Shown here one piece after another: positions 45,470-56,865 of a stretch of DNA of 64,000 nucleotides; position 1 is the first letter of the stretch, and each line of letters begins with the position of its first letter. The stretch is taken from positions 1,674,001 to 1,738,000 of the forward strand of contig CATNEN010000009.1 in assembly GCA_950097015.1 (NCBI GenBank), in the 5' to 3' direction. Source of the DNA: Macrostomum hystrix (taxonomy: Eukaryota; Animalia; Platyhelminthes). The notes under the pieces are model-generated. The model saw only the letters and a program-made list of their open reading frames with translations, did not search any database and was not told the DNA's origin. The translations under genes and the position numbers were made by a program.

Positions 45470-45678
45470 TCAGCTCAGCCAATTCCATCCAGCAGCTCAG
45501 CCGATTCCATCCAGCAGCTCAGCCGATTCCATCCAGCAGCTCAGCCGATTCCACCAAGCAGCTCAGCCGATTCCACCAAGCAGCTCAGCCGATTCCACCA
45601 AGCAGCTCAGCCGATTCCACCAAGCAGCTCAGCCGATTCCACCAAGCAGCTCAACCGATTCCACCAAGCAGCTCAGCC
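45470..45678. repeat. 22-bp minisatellite, ~9 copies, abutting the ATG16 stop codon
   Basis: Tandem CAGCTCAGCCGATTCCA(CCAAG/TCCAG). Confidence 0.9.
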
Positions 45679-48600
45679 GTACTCCAGCTCCACGGGATCC
45701 ACGCGCACCCGCCCCGCCCTATCGCAGGTGGCCACCTGCAGCTGGTGAGTCCCGGCCTGGCCGGCGCCAGGCCGCCAAGCCGCGGCCAGCAAGGAGCTCC
45801 GGGCAGCCAACGGACGCCGGTCCAGCAGCCGCGAAGTGCCACAGTGCCAGACGTGGAGCTGGCCGTCGACAGAGCCAGCCACGGCCAGCTGACCGCATTG
45901 GCTAAGGCCGCAGCGGCTGCCGGGGCGCAGGCGGAGGCCCTCGGCGCAGAGGTCGGCCACCGGCCTGCCGGGGACTCTGGCATCCAGCAGCAGCAGCTGG
46001 GCTTCGAGGCCGGCCAGCAGGCGGCACGGCTGGCTCGGGCAGGCGGCGAGGCCGGCGACCGGCCAGCCGCAGTCGGCGAGGACAAGGGCGCGGCCGGCAG
46101 ACGCCGACAGTCTGGCGTCGTAGAGTCGAATTCGGCCGTCCGCGTGGCTGGCGGCCAGGGTCGCCGGCTCGCTGCCCGGCGCGGCGAGGTCGGCGCAGGG
46201 CGCGGCGCAGTCGACGGTCAGGCAGGGCGCTGCTGAAGAGCGCGCCTCGCCGACGTCCCAGACGCGGATGATCTGACCGGCTGTGGCTAAGCGGCCTGGC
46301 TCTGTGGGGATAAATCTGAAATGGGAGAGAAACTGCTCTTTGAAGACCGAATTCGCTTGAACAGTAGACCACAGGAGTATTTCAAATAGCCACAATTTTC
46401 TTTTTTCTGTATCTCTAAAAAATGCAACGATTGTCGTCGGCGCATCTGGTGGCAAAAACCACAGATATTAGGCACAATTTTTCTGCCGGAAAAATTCATA
46501 ATGTAACTATGTCGGCTATCATTGCAGACTATTTTGGATTGATAAAATTGTTAATTATTATCAGTTATAATAATAACTCAATTATTATTATATTGAGTCG
46601 ATATGGATTTGCCATAGAGTTTTATAGAGGTCTTTGAAAGTTAGCTCATCGTAAAAGGCCGGAAAATTTTGATCAAATTGGTGGACTTTCACGCTAATCG
46701 GTCATTCGGTTTGGGAGCCATTGTGAAGTAGGCAGCGGGAATTTGAAATAGCCCGAGGTCTTTCCCGGGGGGGGGGGGGTGGCGTGGTCCGTCTAGTGCT
46801 AAAATACTCAGAGGAGATTCTGAGAATGGGATGCATTGTAGGCAGCTTACGGTTGTTCAGTCTATGGACTGGGGACGACGGACGCCTCTCCCACTTTCAA
46901 TTACCCCAGCTGATGCTGGTACCTGAAGCATTGAACTGATGCGATGCAGAGTGAAATGCAAGTGTCTTGCTGGAGAATACAAATTTGTTCCAGTGGAGTC
47001 GGAAATCGAACCCCCGACCTACAACAAGTCATGAACCCAGCTGTAATTGGGTCATCAGCGTCACCAACAGCTGGCTGGGGTAGAAATTAGTGTCTGTTCT
47101 GGGGCGTACCCAGTCCATGGACTGAACAGCTTAACACAGCCTCGGCTGTTATCGGCTTCGGGACTGAAAGCCTCGACTGGCTCATGACGCTCACCGAACC
47201 GCAGCAGCTCCGGGTTCGTCCAGAGTGTCCCTCAGAGGCCGGATCTCTCCGGCCTCGTCCGCTGACCAGAGCCGCACACAGTCCGGGGTCGCGCCGGCGA
47301 GCAGCCGTCCGGCAGGCGAGAACTGGACGCTGCGGAGACCGCCTCCGAGATCCGCTGACCACCTCGGCTCCAACTTGCCCGCCTCGACCGTCCAGACCCT
47401 CGCCGGGCCGTCAGCCATTGTGGAGGCCAACAGCTGGCAGCAGCTGCGTGTCGTCCACGGGGACCAGGCGACCTCGCCAACGACTCCCAAGGCTGCGCCA
47501 CCGCCCGAGACCGCGGCCGACAGCTCCGAGGCTTCCAGCCGACGGTTCAGCTGCTCGGCCAGTCGCCGGCTAAAGCTCAACCAGCGGGCCAGTAGCTGGC
47601 GGTTCTCGCGCTCCAGGCCGCGCTCCCTGGCCGCCAGCACCGCCAGGCGAGCTTGGGCTGAAGCCAGCTCGTCAATTGTTCGCTCGCGCTGCTGGGCGAG
47701 GCGGCCGGCCTCGCGCCTCAGCTGGCCGGCTTCCACCAGCAGTTCGGCGGTGAGCCGCTCGGTGGCGGCCAGTTCGAATGTCCGTCTGGTCAAATCGTCG
47801 GCTGCTTGTCGGAGCGCCGTCTCGACGACGGACGCGTCGCGAAGCAGCCGCGATTGGTCAGCCTGCAGCTCGCTGAGGCGGGACTCGGCACTTAAACAGG
47901 GGAGGCGGAAGGTTGTCGGAGAGAAGGGTGCCTTGACTACTCAAGCTACCTGCAAGCGAGCAAGCACACACCTGCCTAGTTGCCTGTTATAGCTCTCCCT
48001 GATTGTCTGTTATTATCAATTTGAGGAGGCAAATCGAAAACAAAAGCTGAGATTGTTTCGGGAGATGTTTCTGTTTGTTTCTCGAGTTTTCAATTAAAGG
48101 TTCGGCGGCACCTGCTTTGTCAGCCCCGCTATTCAACGTGACCCCTAGGAGACAATTGAGTACTTTGCAAGATCTGCTTCCTCAGGGGATATATCTGCGG
48201 AGCGAAACGTACCCGTTCCGTAAATTAGAAAACTAAGCTGCCCTGCACTTTGTTTGTCACTGCCCTTTCTTCAGCAGGAACCCCTCCGTGGACAATGTCT
48301 GCAGATCCGAAACCACCCCACGGCTCGTCCGGTTCCTCAGGGCTGACCCGAAGCAGAGTTTAACAAGGCTCACTTTTTGTCATCAAAGTCGATCAGTTTT
48401 GAGCACGCCAACCTTCTCAGCTTGTCATTCTCGGCCTTCAGCCTGGCTTGCTTGGCGATGGCGCGGTCCTCCTTGAGCTGAAGCCTGCTCACTGCGGGAC
48501 GGAGAATAGTTGTGAGCACAGAATTAATTGAACAATCATCATATTGTAAGGTGTGCGGTGATTCATTCTCGCATCGCGTCGTAAGTTGGCTTCGTAAATT

Positions 48601-51600
48601 GTGCAATGCGATGTACACTCTCTGGTGTACATAGCCAAATATAAAGTCGCTCACTTGAGGCTTTAGTCACCTCGTGTTTTCTCGGTTCTCGCGCAAGTCT
48701 CGCCTTCTGAGCTAGTTTACATTGGTGGCAGCGGTCTCTATCTCAAGTCGGCCCACTCACTCATGGCGCACGCCAATGCACTTTTGCCACCCAAGTTTTC
48801 CGGCTCAGACGATGCCGACATCAACATGTGGCTGCAAATGTTTGAGGACTTCGCCACGGATTCCGAGTGGGACGACAAAAAGATGGCATCGAAAATCCGG
48901 CTGCTCTTATCTGGCGAGGCGCTCGTCTTCGTGTGGGACCTGCCGGAGGAGAAGAAGAAGAGCTTCGCGACCATCAAGGACGAGCTGGTCAAGTTCTACC
49001 GTGGCAAGGAGAACTCGTTCTGCGCCATGTCGGAGTTCGAGAGCCGGAAGCGACGCCAAGGAGAGTCGCTGAGGGAGCTGTGCCACGCTCTCAAGCTCCT
49101 GTACCGGAAGGCACGCCCTGACCACGATCAGACGGTGAGAGACTGCGAAGTGCGACACCGACTGCTGGCTCTGCTGTCGAAGGAGATTCGCGAAGCGTTG
49201 CTGAAAGACGCTGACTGCAGCAGCAGCAGCCCGGAGCAGCTGGCGGACCGCGCCACGGCTCTTGAGAGCATCGGCGGCAGAGGCGCCTCTGCAAGCATCG
49301 CGGTAACATCGGTGAGCAGCCAAGTGGTGGACCGGCTGGAGCAGATGCAGGAGCAGCTGGCGGACCTGGCTGCGACGGTCGCCACCATCAGCAGCCGTGG
49401 ACAGCGCGGTGCGCGAGGAAGAGGAGCTCGGGGGAGAGGCAGCGGTCGCGGGAAATGCTTCAACTGCGCTCAGCCCGGCCATTTCGCGGCCCAGTGCCCC
49501 AGGCAGGCCGCGCCAGCCGTGCCGCCCGTGTGCAGCCGCTGCTCAGGCAAAGGGCACCGGGCCGAGGTCTGCCCGACCCCGGCTTCGGGAAACTTCTGAG
49601 GACTGGTGACCGTGGGCCATCACCAGCCCTGCCTAGCAAGGCCCAAACCGCTTCGCTCTTCCTGCCCGGCAGCATCGCAGGCCGGCCCTGCAGGTGGCTG
49701 TTCGACACGGGCGCGCAGGTGACGCTCGTATCAGCTGCCCAGTTTCGAGCTCTGGGAGTCGCAGCTCAGCTTCATCCGCCTCTCAGCACTCCGGTCGGGA
49801 TCGATGGTCGACGCTTGGAGTCTCCGGCATGCGCAACGCTGGCCATTCAGGTGGGCGGACTGCCGCCCATGGAGCACCCGGTGACGGTGGTCGCCGACAT
49901 TCAGCCGGAATGCGTGCTCGGCATGGACGCCATCAGCAAGATGTGCTCAACCTTCAGCGTGGATCTCATGTCGTCTTCTGTCCTGCTGGGGTCAACCAGG
50001 ATCCCAGTCCTGCCAGACAGGAACTCCATGCCGGCCTGCCGGGTGGTGCCCACCGCCGTGGTCGCCAGAGTCGCCAGCACCGTGTCCATCCCAGCCCGCA
50101 GCCGCGTCATCATCCCGGTCAAGGTGGCATCGTACGTTGAGCAGGGTCTGTTCGAGCCCAGCTCTGACTTCGTCGACAAGACCGGCCTGCTGCCGAACCG
50201 GGCTCTGGTGGTCTCCAGCGCGGACGGCAACCTGCCGGTGGGAGTCTGCAACCTGAGCGCCGACCCGGTGGTGCTCTACCAGAATCAGGCCATCGGCAAC
50301 TTCGACGCTGCCGAGCCTCACGGGCCCGACGGTGAAGCTTCGGAGGAGGCCGGCTTCAACATCAACCCGGAGCTGAGCCGGTCGCAGCGCGAGGTCATCG
50401 AAGCCCTGCTGAACCAGCATGAGCTGGCATTCGCCAGTCACGAGTTCGACCTGGGGACCACGCACCTACTGCAGCACGAGATCAACCTGGAACCCGGCAG
50501 CCGCCCCATCAAGCACAGGCAGCGGACAGTGCCACTGAACTTCAGACAGCAGGTGGACGACAAGATCAGCGAGATGCTGCGTCACGGGATCATCGAACCG
50601 TCATGCAGTCCGTGGGCGAGCAATCTGCTGGTGGTGCGCAAGAAAAACAACGAAATCCGCATCTGCACCGACTGGAGGGCCCTCAACTCGTGCACCGTGA
50701 AGGACGCCTACCCGCTGCCGCCGCTGTCTGTCGCTCTGGACGCGCTCACTGGCAGCAGCTGGTTCAGCACGCTCGATCTCCGCCAAGGGTTCCTGCAGGT
50801 CGAGCTGCGCGAGCAGGACCGGGAGAAGACCGCCTTCTACACCACGCAAGGCCTGATGCAGTACAGGAAGCTCGGCTTCGGCCTCTGCAACGCCCCGGCG
50901 ACCTTCCAGCGCCTGATGGACTTGACGATGGCGGGCCTGAACTGGACGGAGGTGCTCACCTACATGGACGACCTGATCCTGTTCAGCACGACGTTCGAGC
51001 AGCACGCGCAGACGCTGAAGGAAGTCCTGGGAAGGCTGCAGTCGGCAGGCCTCAAGCTGAACAAGCGCAAGAGCTGCTTCTGCTTCCAGGAGGTCGAGTA
51101 CCTGGGGCACAAGATTTCGGCCGATGGGATCCAGCCAACCGAGGACAAGGTCAGCGCCATCCAGTCCATCCCGACGCCCGAGTGCGCTGAGGACGTTCGC
51201 CGGCTCGTCGGCATGCTGGGCTTCTACCGGCGGTTCGTGCCGCACTTCGCCAGCATTGCGAATCCGCTGCACCAGGCGACTCAGAAAAGTCGGCAGTTTC
51301 GGTGGACGGCAGAGTGCGAGGCAGCCCTGCGCGAGCTGAAGTCGGCGCTGTCGGCACCCCCAGTGCTGAAGCTGCCGGATTTCTCCAAGGGATTCCGGCT
51401 GTGCTGCGACAGCAGCGGCGTGGCCATCGCAGGAGTCCTCAGCCAGCTCCACGAAGGCGTCGAATGCCCGGTCGCCTACGCGTCGAGAGTCCTGAATAAG
51501 GCAGAGCGCAATTACTCGACCACCCACAGAGAGCTTCTGGCGGTCGTGTGGGCCATGAAGCACTTCCGGAACTACTTGGCGTCCGCCGGCGAAATTCTCG

Positions 51601-53627
51601 TCTTCTCCGACCACAAGCCGCTGCAAGGGCTGCTGAACACCAAGGAACCCGAAGGTCGCCTGGCCAGGTGGATCACGCTCCTGCAGGAGATCAATTTCAA
51701 GCTGCTCTTCAGGCCTGGTCGCGAGAACGTGGTGGCGGACGCGCTGAGCCGGGCGGCGGCGACCCGGCTGACACCCGCCTGGTCGGACGAGGAAATCAGC
51801 GCGGCGCAGGCCGATGACCCGGTGCTGGCAGCGGCTCGCCAGGTGCTCATCGGACGGAGGCCCCGGCGAGGCAAGGCCGCAGACGACGCAGAGAGCCTGG
51901 TGAGGTCGGAGAACCTGGAGCTTGGCGAGGACGGCGTCATCAGGAGAAGCGGCTTCCCCGTCATTCCGCTGCAGCTTCGCCAGGAGCTTCTGAGGCAGCT
52001 GCACGACGACCCGGCAAGCGGGCACCTCGGACTGGACAGGACGCTAGCGAGGGTCGTCAACAGAGCCTGGTGGCCTGGCCTGAAGGACGACGTCCAGCAC
52101 TGGGTGAGCAGCTGCGAGGTGTGCCAGCGTCGCAAGGTACCGCACCAGCACCAAAGGGCGCCGCTGCAGGACAACACCGTGCCGTCAACTCCCTGGGAGA
52201 TGGTGCAGGTGGACATCAAAGGACCGCTGCCGGCCACAGAGACCGGTCAGAAGTACATCATCTGCTTCACCGACGTGTTCTCCAAGTGGGTCGAAGCGGC
52301 CCCAGCGACCAACATCGAGACTCGCACGGTCGCTGAAGCCATGCTGCGCAGCGTCGTCCTCCGCCACGGGTCGCCCGAGGTCATCCACTCCGATCAAGGT
52401 CGCCAGTTCGAAAGCGACGTCTTCCAGGAGCTGTGCCGGCTGCTCGACATTCGAAAGACCAGGACGACACCATTCCACCCCAGCGGCAATCCGGTGGTCG
52501 AGCGATTCAACCGGACTCTGGGCGACATGCTGGCGGCCTACTGCATGGAGCAGCAGGACAGGTGGGCGGCTTTCCTGCCGTACGTCATCTGGGCGTACAA
52601 CTCGTCGGTCCACAGCACCACCAAGCGGTCACCGTACGCGGTGCTGCACGGCCGCGACCCCCGGATCCCAGCCGAGCTCAGCCTGCCCGCCGCCGGTGAG
52701 AGGCCGGTCGTCACGGACGCGCTGGCGGACGCCCGCGCCGGCCTGCAGCTAGTGCGGCAGCGCCTGCAGTCGACGCAGCGGTCGCGGAAGCAGCAGTACG
52801 ACAAGCGCCAGCACTTCACTCCGTTCCAAGTCGGCCAGCTGGTGATGCTCAACAACCCGGCGGTGCAGAAGGGCCAGTCCAAGGCGCTCCGCCGGCGGTG
52901 GTTGGGGCCGTACCGAGTGCTCGAGAAGCTGGGCCCAGTCACCTACCGGATCTCCAAGCCCACCGGGCGGAGGCGGAGCTCGGTGGTGCACCACGACCGG
53001 CTGAAGGCGTTCGTGGCGAGGCGGCCGCAACCCGCTGTCCCGCAGCCCGCCGCCGACCCACCCGCTGCAGAGAGCGACCGGCCGCCCAGTCCGGCTGCCG
53101 ACCCGCGTGAGACCTGGCAGGAGCTGCTAGACGAACCGGCGCCTGCTGGGCCCAGACGCTCGAATCGGACTCGGAGGCAGCCAGATTTTTTTGTCGCGCA
53201 ATTTTGAGCTGCTAACTATTTTTTTGTTCTTATAAAGCTTGTAGTGCATCATTTTAAGCTGCCTAAAATATTTGTTTATTTTTTTGTTTTTAATGTCCTC
53301 AATTTAGGGATGGAGTGATGTAAGGTGTGCGGTGATTCATTCTCGCATCGCGTCGTAAGTTGGCTTCGTAAATTGTGCAATGCGATGTACATTCTCTGGT
53401 GTACATAGCCAAATATAAAGTCGCTCACTTGAGGCTTTAGTCACCTCGTGTTTTCTCGGTTCTCGCGCAAGTCTCGCCTTCTGAGCTAGTTTACAATATA
53501 TTGTCTTGTGAATTTTGCACCGAAAATAACCAATCTGACGTCGCTCACGAGAGTGAATAATCGACTCGAAGGCTTTTTCCTGACTGTCACGCAGAACCAG
53601 CTGAGCCGGCACGCACTCCAGCCACAT
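45673..53627 (-). CDS. ATG16L1: ATG16-like autophagy protein (ATG5-binding helix, coiled coil, 7 WD40 repeats), 511 aa
   Basis: Exons 53627-53549, 48491-48374, 47890-47195 and 46315-45673 are phase-consistent (1536 nt). The N-terminus W...AQLVLRD...AFESII resembles the ATG16L1 helix, LERENRQLLARW...AEQLN resembles the ATG16 coiled coil, and seven WD-like repeats follow. Paralog assignment is uncertain. Confidence 0.85.
46830..47140. mobile_element. Two SINE fragments in opposite orientation in an ATG16 intron
   Basis: CAGTC(T/C)ATGGACTG cores at ~46858 and ~47110, and a B-box complement GAAATCGAACCC at ~47005. Confidence 0.65.
48723..48735 (+). promoter_or_regulatory. Primer binding site, complementary to the tRNA-Leu(AAG/UAG) 3' end
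   Basis: TGGTGGCAGCGGT is complementary to ...ACCGCTGCCACCA. It is mutated to TAGTGGCAGCGGT in copy A. Confidence 0.8.
48763..49599 (+). CDS. Gag, 278 aa
   Basis: PKFSG...WL..FE capsid-like start, RG-rich segment and two CCHC knuckles (CFNCAQPGHFAAQC, CSRCSGKGHRAEVC). Confidence 0.93.
   Translation: MAHANALLPPKFSGSDDADINMWLQMFEDFATDSEWDDKKMASKIRLLLSGEALVFVWDLPEEKKKSFATIKDELVKFYRGKENSFCAMSEFESRKRRQGESLRELCHALKLLYRKARPDHDQTVRDCEVRHRLLALLSKEIREALLKDADCSSSSPEQLADRATALESIGGRGASASIAVTSVSSQVVDRLEQMQEQLADLAATVATISSRGQRGARGRGARGRGSGRGKCFNCAQPGHFAAQCPRQAAPAVPPVCSRCSGKGHRAEVCPTPASGNF
49587..49645 (+). promoter_or_regulatory. Predicted -1 programmed ribosomal frameshift signal
   Basis: G GGA AAC heptamer in the Gag frame, followed by stem 1 CTGGTGA/TCACCAG and stem 2 TGGGCC/GGCCCA (H-type pseudoknot). 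Confidence 0.82.
49587..53207 (+). CDS. Pol (protease-RT-RNase H-integrase-GPY/F), in the -1 frame relative to Gag
   Basis: Open frame 49455-53207: LFDTGAQ, YMDD, CDSSG, HHCC, QVDIKGP/SDQG/VERFN and WLGPYRV. There is no suitable own ATG, and the start is given at the slippery site. Confidence 0.94.
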   Translation, partial: GKLLRTGDRGPSPALPSKAQTASLFLPGSIAGRPCRWLFDTGAQVTLVSAAQFRALGVAAQLHPPLSTPVGIDGRRLESPACATLAIQVGGLPPMEHPVTVVADIQPECVLGMDAISKMCSTFSVDLMSSSVLLGSTRIPVLPDRNSMPACRVVPTAVVARVASTVSIPARSRVIIPVKVASYVEQGLFEPSSDFVDKTGLLPNRALVVSSADGNLPVGVCNLSADPVVLYQNQAIGNFDAAEPHGPDGEASEEAGFNINPELSRSQREVIEALLNQHELAFASHEFDLGTTHLLQHEINLEPGSRPIKHRQRTVPLNFRQQVDDKISEMLRHGIIEPSCSPWASNLLVVRKKNNEIRICTDWRALNSCTVKDAYPLPPLSVALDALTGSSWFSTLDLRQGFLQVELREQDREKTAFYTTQGLMQYRKLGFGLCNAPATFQRLMDLTMAGLNWTEVLTYMDDLILFSTTFEQHAQTLKEVLGRLQSAGLKLNKRKSCFCFQEVEYLGHKISADGIQPTEDKVSAIQSIPTPECAEDVRRLVGMLGFYRRFVPHFASIANPLHQATQKSRQFRWTAECEAALRELKSALSAPPVLKLPDFSKGFRLCCDSSGVAIAGVLSQLHEGVECPVAYASRVLNKAERNYSTTHRELLAVVWAMKHFRNYLASAGEILVFSDHKPLQGLLNTKEPEGRLARWITLLQEINFKLLFRPGRENVVADALSRAAATRLTPAWSDEEISAAQADDPVLAAARQVLIGRRPRRGKAADDAESLVRSENLELGEDGVIRRSGFPVIPLQLRQELLRQLHDDPASGHLGLDRTLARVVNRAWWPGLKDDVQHWVSSCEVCQRRKVPHQHQRAPLQDNTVPSTPWEMVQVDIKGPLPATETGQKYIICFTDVFSKWVEAAPATNIETRTVAEAMLRSVVLRHGSPEVIHSDQGRQFESDVFQELCRLLDIRKTRTTPFHPSGNPVVERFNRTLGDMLAAYCMEQQDRWAAFLPYVIWAYNSSVHSTTKRSPYAVLHGRDPRIPAELSLPAAGERPVVTDALADARAGLQLVRQRLQSTQRSRKQQYDKRQHFTPFQVGQLVMLNNPAVQKGQSKALRRRWLGPYRVLEKLGPVTYRISKPTGRRRSSVVHHDRLKAFVARRPQPAVPQPAADPPAAESDRPPSPAADPRETWQELLDEPAPAGPRRSNRTRRQPDFFVAQF

Positions 53628-56600
53628 GGCGGCTGCTCTTAATTCTAAGAATCAAAACTGCTTCCCGAGAGGCGAATCGAGAAACATAGATATTTCCTGG
53701 AAACATGACAGCTTAAAATCAACTATTTAATTGAGCGGGCGGGCTAAGGTTTAAATTACTGTTTCATAGAGCTAAATATAGATAAGATAGCGTTTTAAAT
53801 CAACTGTAGAATGAAAAACATTTAATATACGACGTAAATTGCTTAATGGCGAGTGTACGTTTCAATGTAATCGTACTCGCACGCTATGTAAAGCAGGTTG
53901 TGAAGCAGCCTTTTAATACTTGTTATCTCATTTTTCTGTATTTGTATGTCGCTATATTTTCTGTTCTTTCTTTGCTCTTCTGGCTAAAGCAAAGAAAGGC
54001 AAAAATTTAGTTCTTCAAGCCTTAAAAGTCAAGCCTAAAAGTCAATAACCGTCCTAAATAAATTAATGATCTCTTTCAAAGCTTTCAAACCGAAAAAGCT
54101 GTCTAGGACAGGTGTAAAGGCCGAAAGGAAAGCAAGAATGGCCCCTATGATGCTCTGCTCAGGATAGCTGATGAAGAAAGTGTGCATTCGCTAAGCCATA
54201 TAAAATGCATCTTGCCTACAGATTTACATTAATTCAGCATTGTACCCACTTCGAGCCCCAGCCTTGAAGCGTATATTCTACTGTACCGTATTCTGTCGTA
54301 ATCATTATGCACACAACTGTCGCCCCAGCCTAATCTCAAGAAGGCGGTATCGGTTCTCGAAGGGTTAGTAATGGAATGACCGTGCCTTGGAAGATTTATG
54401 TGTGGCTGATCGTAGCCACGATCCCAGGGACCGAGAGGCGTAAAGACCAGGGTACGTTGTGCTACGGGATAGCGCAACCGAATGACCCTCACGAAATGGG
54501 GCTTCCACTCGGAATAGAGGATGTACTTTTGGCTAGCCCCCCAGGTCTACGGCCGAAGATAGAGACTGTATGTGAGGTAATCTCGGGCGTAGAACGCGTC
54601 GCGGCCAGCAAGCGAGAACTTTTATTGCATGGGCCAGGATGCAGAAAAGCAAGATAGCCTAACCCAAGGTTAAGATCGAGTGTCCAGTCGAAACAACATA
54701 CGAAATTATGAAAGAATTAGGTTAACTTGTAATCACCAGGCTCCAATGACGCAACGATAATTGAATAAGTCAGTTATTAACTTCCTAAAGCAAAGAAAAG
54801 GTAAACCAAAAGTTTGGAAAGCAATAATAAGAATGAATCGACTACGAAGTATGCATTGCTAATGAACATCTACGATAGAATAGCGAATAGTATTAGTTTT
54901 CATCAATATCAGGTTAAACTGCGTTATTTTTTAATTGATTGTTTTACTTTTTATGTGCGTCCTCGGTTGAATTTAAATGTTACGAAAAAAAGAGTTTATT
55001 CTTGTTTAGGTCGTTTTAATCTTGATCAGCACAACCAGCCAAGCATTTATCTTTATTCACAGACCCAGCTTCGCTACATGCTTTGACAACTGACTACTAA
55101 GATATTGTATCGATGGTATTATTGGCATTTTAAGTGCCGCAGTCAGACACTAGTCAGCAAAACAATGAAAATCATTAGATTGGCTTTTGTAATAATTAAT
55201 TTTAGCTTTTGTTTATAGCAAGTTTTTAGTTAGCTTTTTAACTTCTTTAATATACAATATTTTAGCCACACAATGAGCCACAATAATGGTATGGCAGATG
55301 GCTCGCGACGGCTTGATTTTAAGGTAATATTTTTGTCGCCCATTGTTTTGAATTTGAATTTTTCATGATAAAAATGTATAAAATGTAACACAAAAATTTT
55401 CTTTTTCTTGATAGAACCAAGCATAAACACTATAGGCTCTACTTATAAATTTTTGCTGCTTAGTAAGTTGGGCTGGCTTTTGAGCTAGTTAGTTTTTTTA
55501 ATTGAGATTTACTTCCTTCAATTGCTATTCTCTAGCAAAAATATAGATATAACTTTGTGAGGTTCTAGATACAATGATATAAATTTTTATAAAGAATGCA
55601 ATTTATGGAAATAAAATGTTTAAAAGTGCAATAGATAAGTTTCCTACAGATATGATTTTTTATTTCAACTTATCAATGATAGTTAATTTTCACCTTAACT
55701 TTGTTACAACTTAATTTAGGTAAGGCTCTAATTCTGTTATTTTATAATATAGGTAAAATAATGCAAGCCATGTTTCGAGACATGTTTGAGGGGCTTAAAC
55801 GAAATGCTGTCATCGTAGTGTAGCTACTGTTTTTTGATAAAAATATAATTTATTATCAAGCAATTCAAAGTAGCTACATTCATTGTGAAAAGTAAATGAG
55901 CATTTGTTTGTAGTGATGCAAATATGTGGGTGCTAAAATCTAGCATTAATGCAAGGTGACAGACAGTAACTCAGAAAGTTGTTTCTAGAAATGCAGCAGG
56001 AAAAGCAAACAGATTCCATCATGGAAATCTGGGCCAGTGTAATGGTATTTAATAGAGTCCAGTAAATCGAAAGCAACATCAGAACTCTCGACTGCTTGCT
56101 AGCTATATTGTTGGACCTGCATAAAGGCAAGCATTTTTCTCGCAAACAGAAATTTGAAACTTGACCTACAGGCAAAGCTGACCAAAAAACAGCAATCATA
56201 GACTAAGCCTTTGCTGCCACAATTTTTCTCTCGTGAAAATAAATGGTCAGCTTATGCTTTAGTTACTTTAGTATCCTTGCAACTTAAAATGAATAAATGC
56301 AAACTGAATTATGCAGTGAGATTCTGATTTATTCATGAAATTTTTAACAGGGTCACACGAAGCTAGCAACTGCATTTCATTAGAACTGCCTAGCTATCAG
56401 AGGTGTGGGATCCCGACTCTGCGCGCAGGCAGTGTTTTGTTTATAAAAACACCGCCTGCGTTATTCTGAACATGGAGGTCAAAAACCAGCCTGTGGTTGA
56501 ATCTTGCCCCAACCATTGAAGCTAGTCAAAGCTTTAAACAAAGTAAATCCTCACGCTTGGATGAATCCAATTGCTGAGTGTGTTCACAATCGGCTCCCAG

Positions 56601-56865
56601 TTTGCTAACTTAAGTCAGTTTTTATACCTGGTATACGTTCAGTATTCTGTCTAAGGCCTCACTCTCTGATTGGCCAAGATTGGCCGAGGGTTTTCCGCGA
56701 GCTAAAAATAGAAACAGGCTTAGAAAAAGAGTCAGACCAAAAAGTACGCGCTTCTGTGATGACTCACCAGCAATAGACAGTCTATTTAAACAAAAAACTG
56801 AAACTTGGTGCTCAATGAAGTCAATGAACTCAATATCCACCCCTATAATGCTAATCCCCTTATAG

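Larger units (their letters stand above)
48545..53495 (+). mobile_element. Intact Ty3/Gypsy LTR retrotransposon, copy B, antisense in ATG16 intron 1
   Basis: 177-bp LTRs at 48545-48721 and 53319-53495 with 1 mismatch, and a 4-bp TSD ATAT (48541-48544 / 53496-53499). PBS at 48723-48735 and PPT AGGGATGGAGTGA at 53306-53318. Confidence 0.97.

Noticed and set aside
50601-52025. 474-aa antisense ORF to pol (and 394-aa at 2184-3368)
   Set aside because: These are expected shadow ORFs of GC3-rich coding sequence and contain no recognisable domain.
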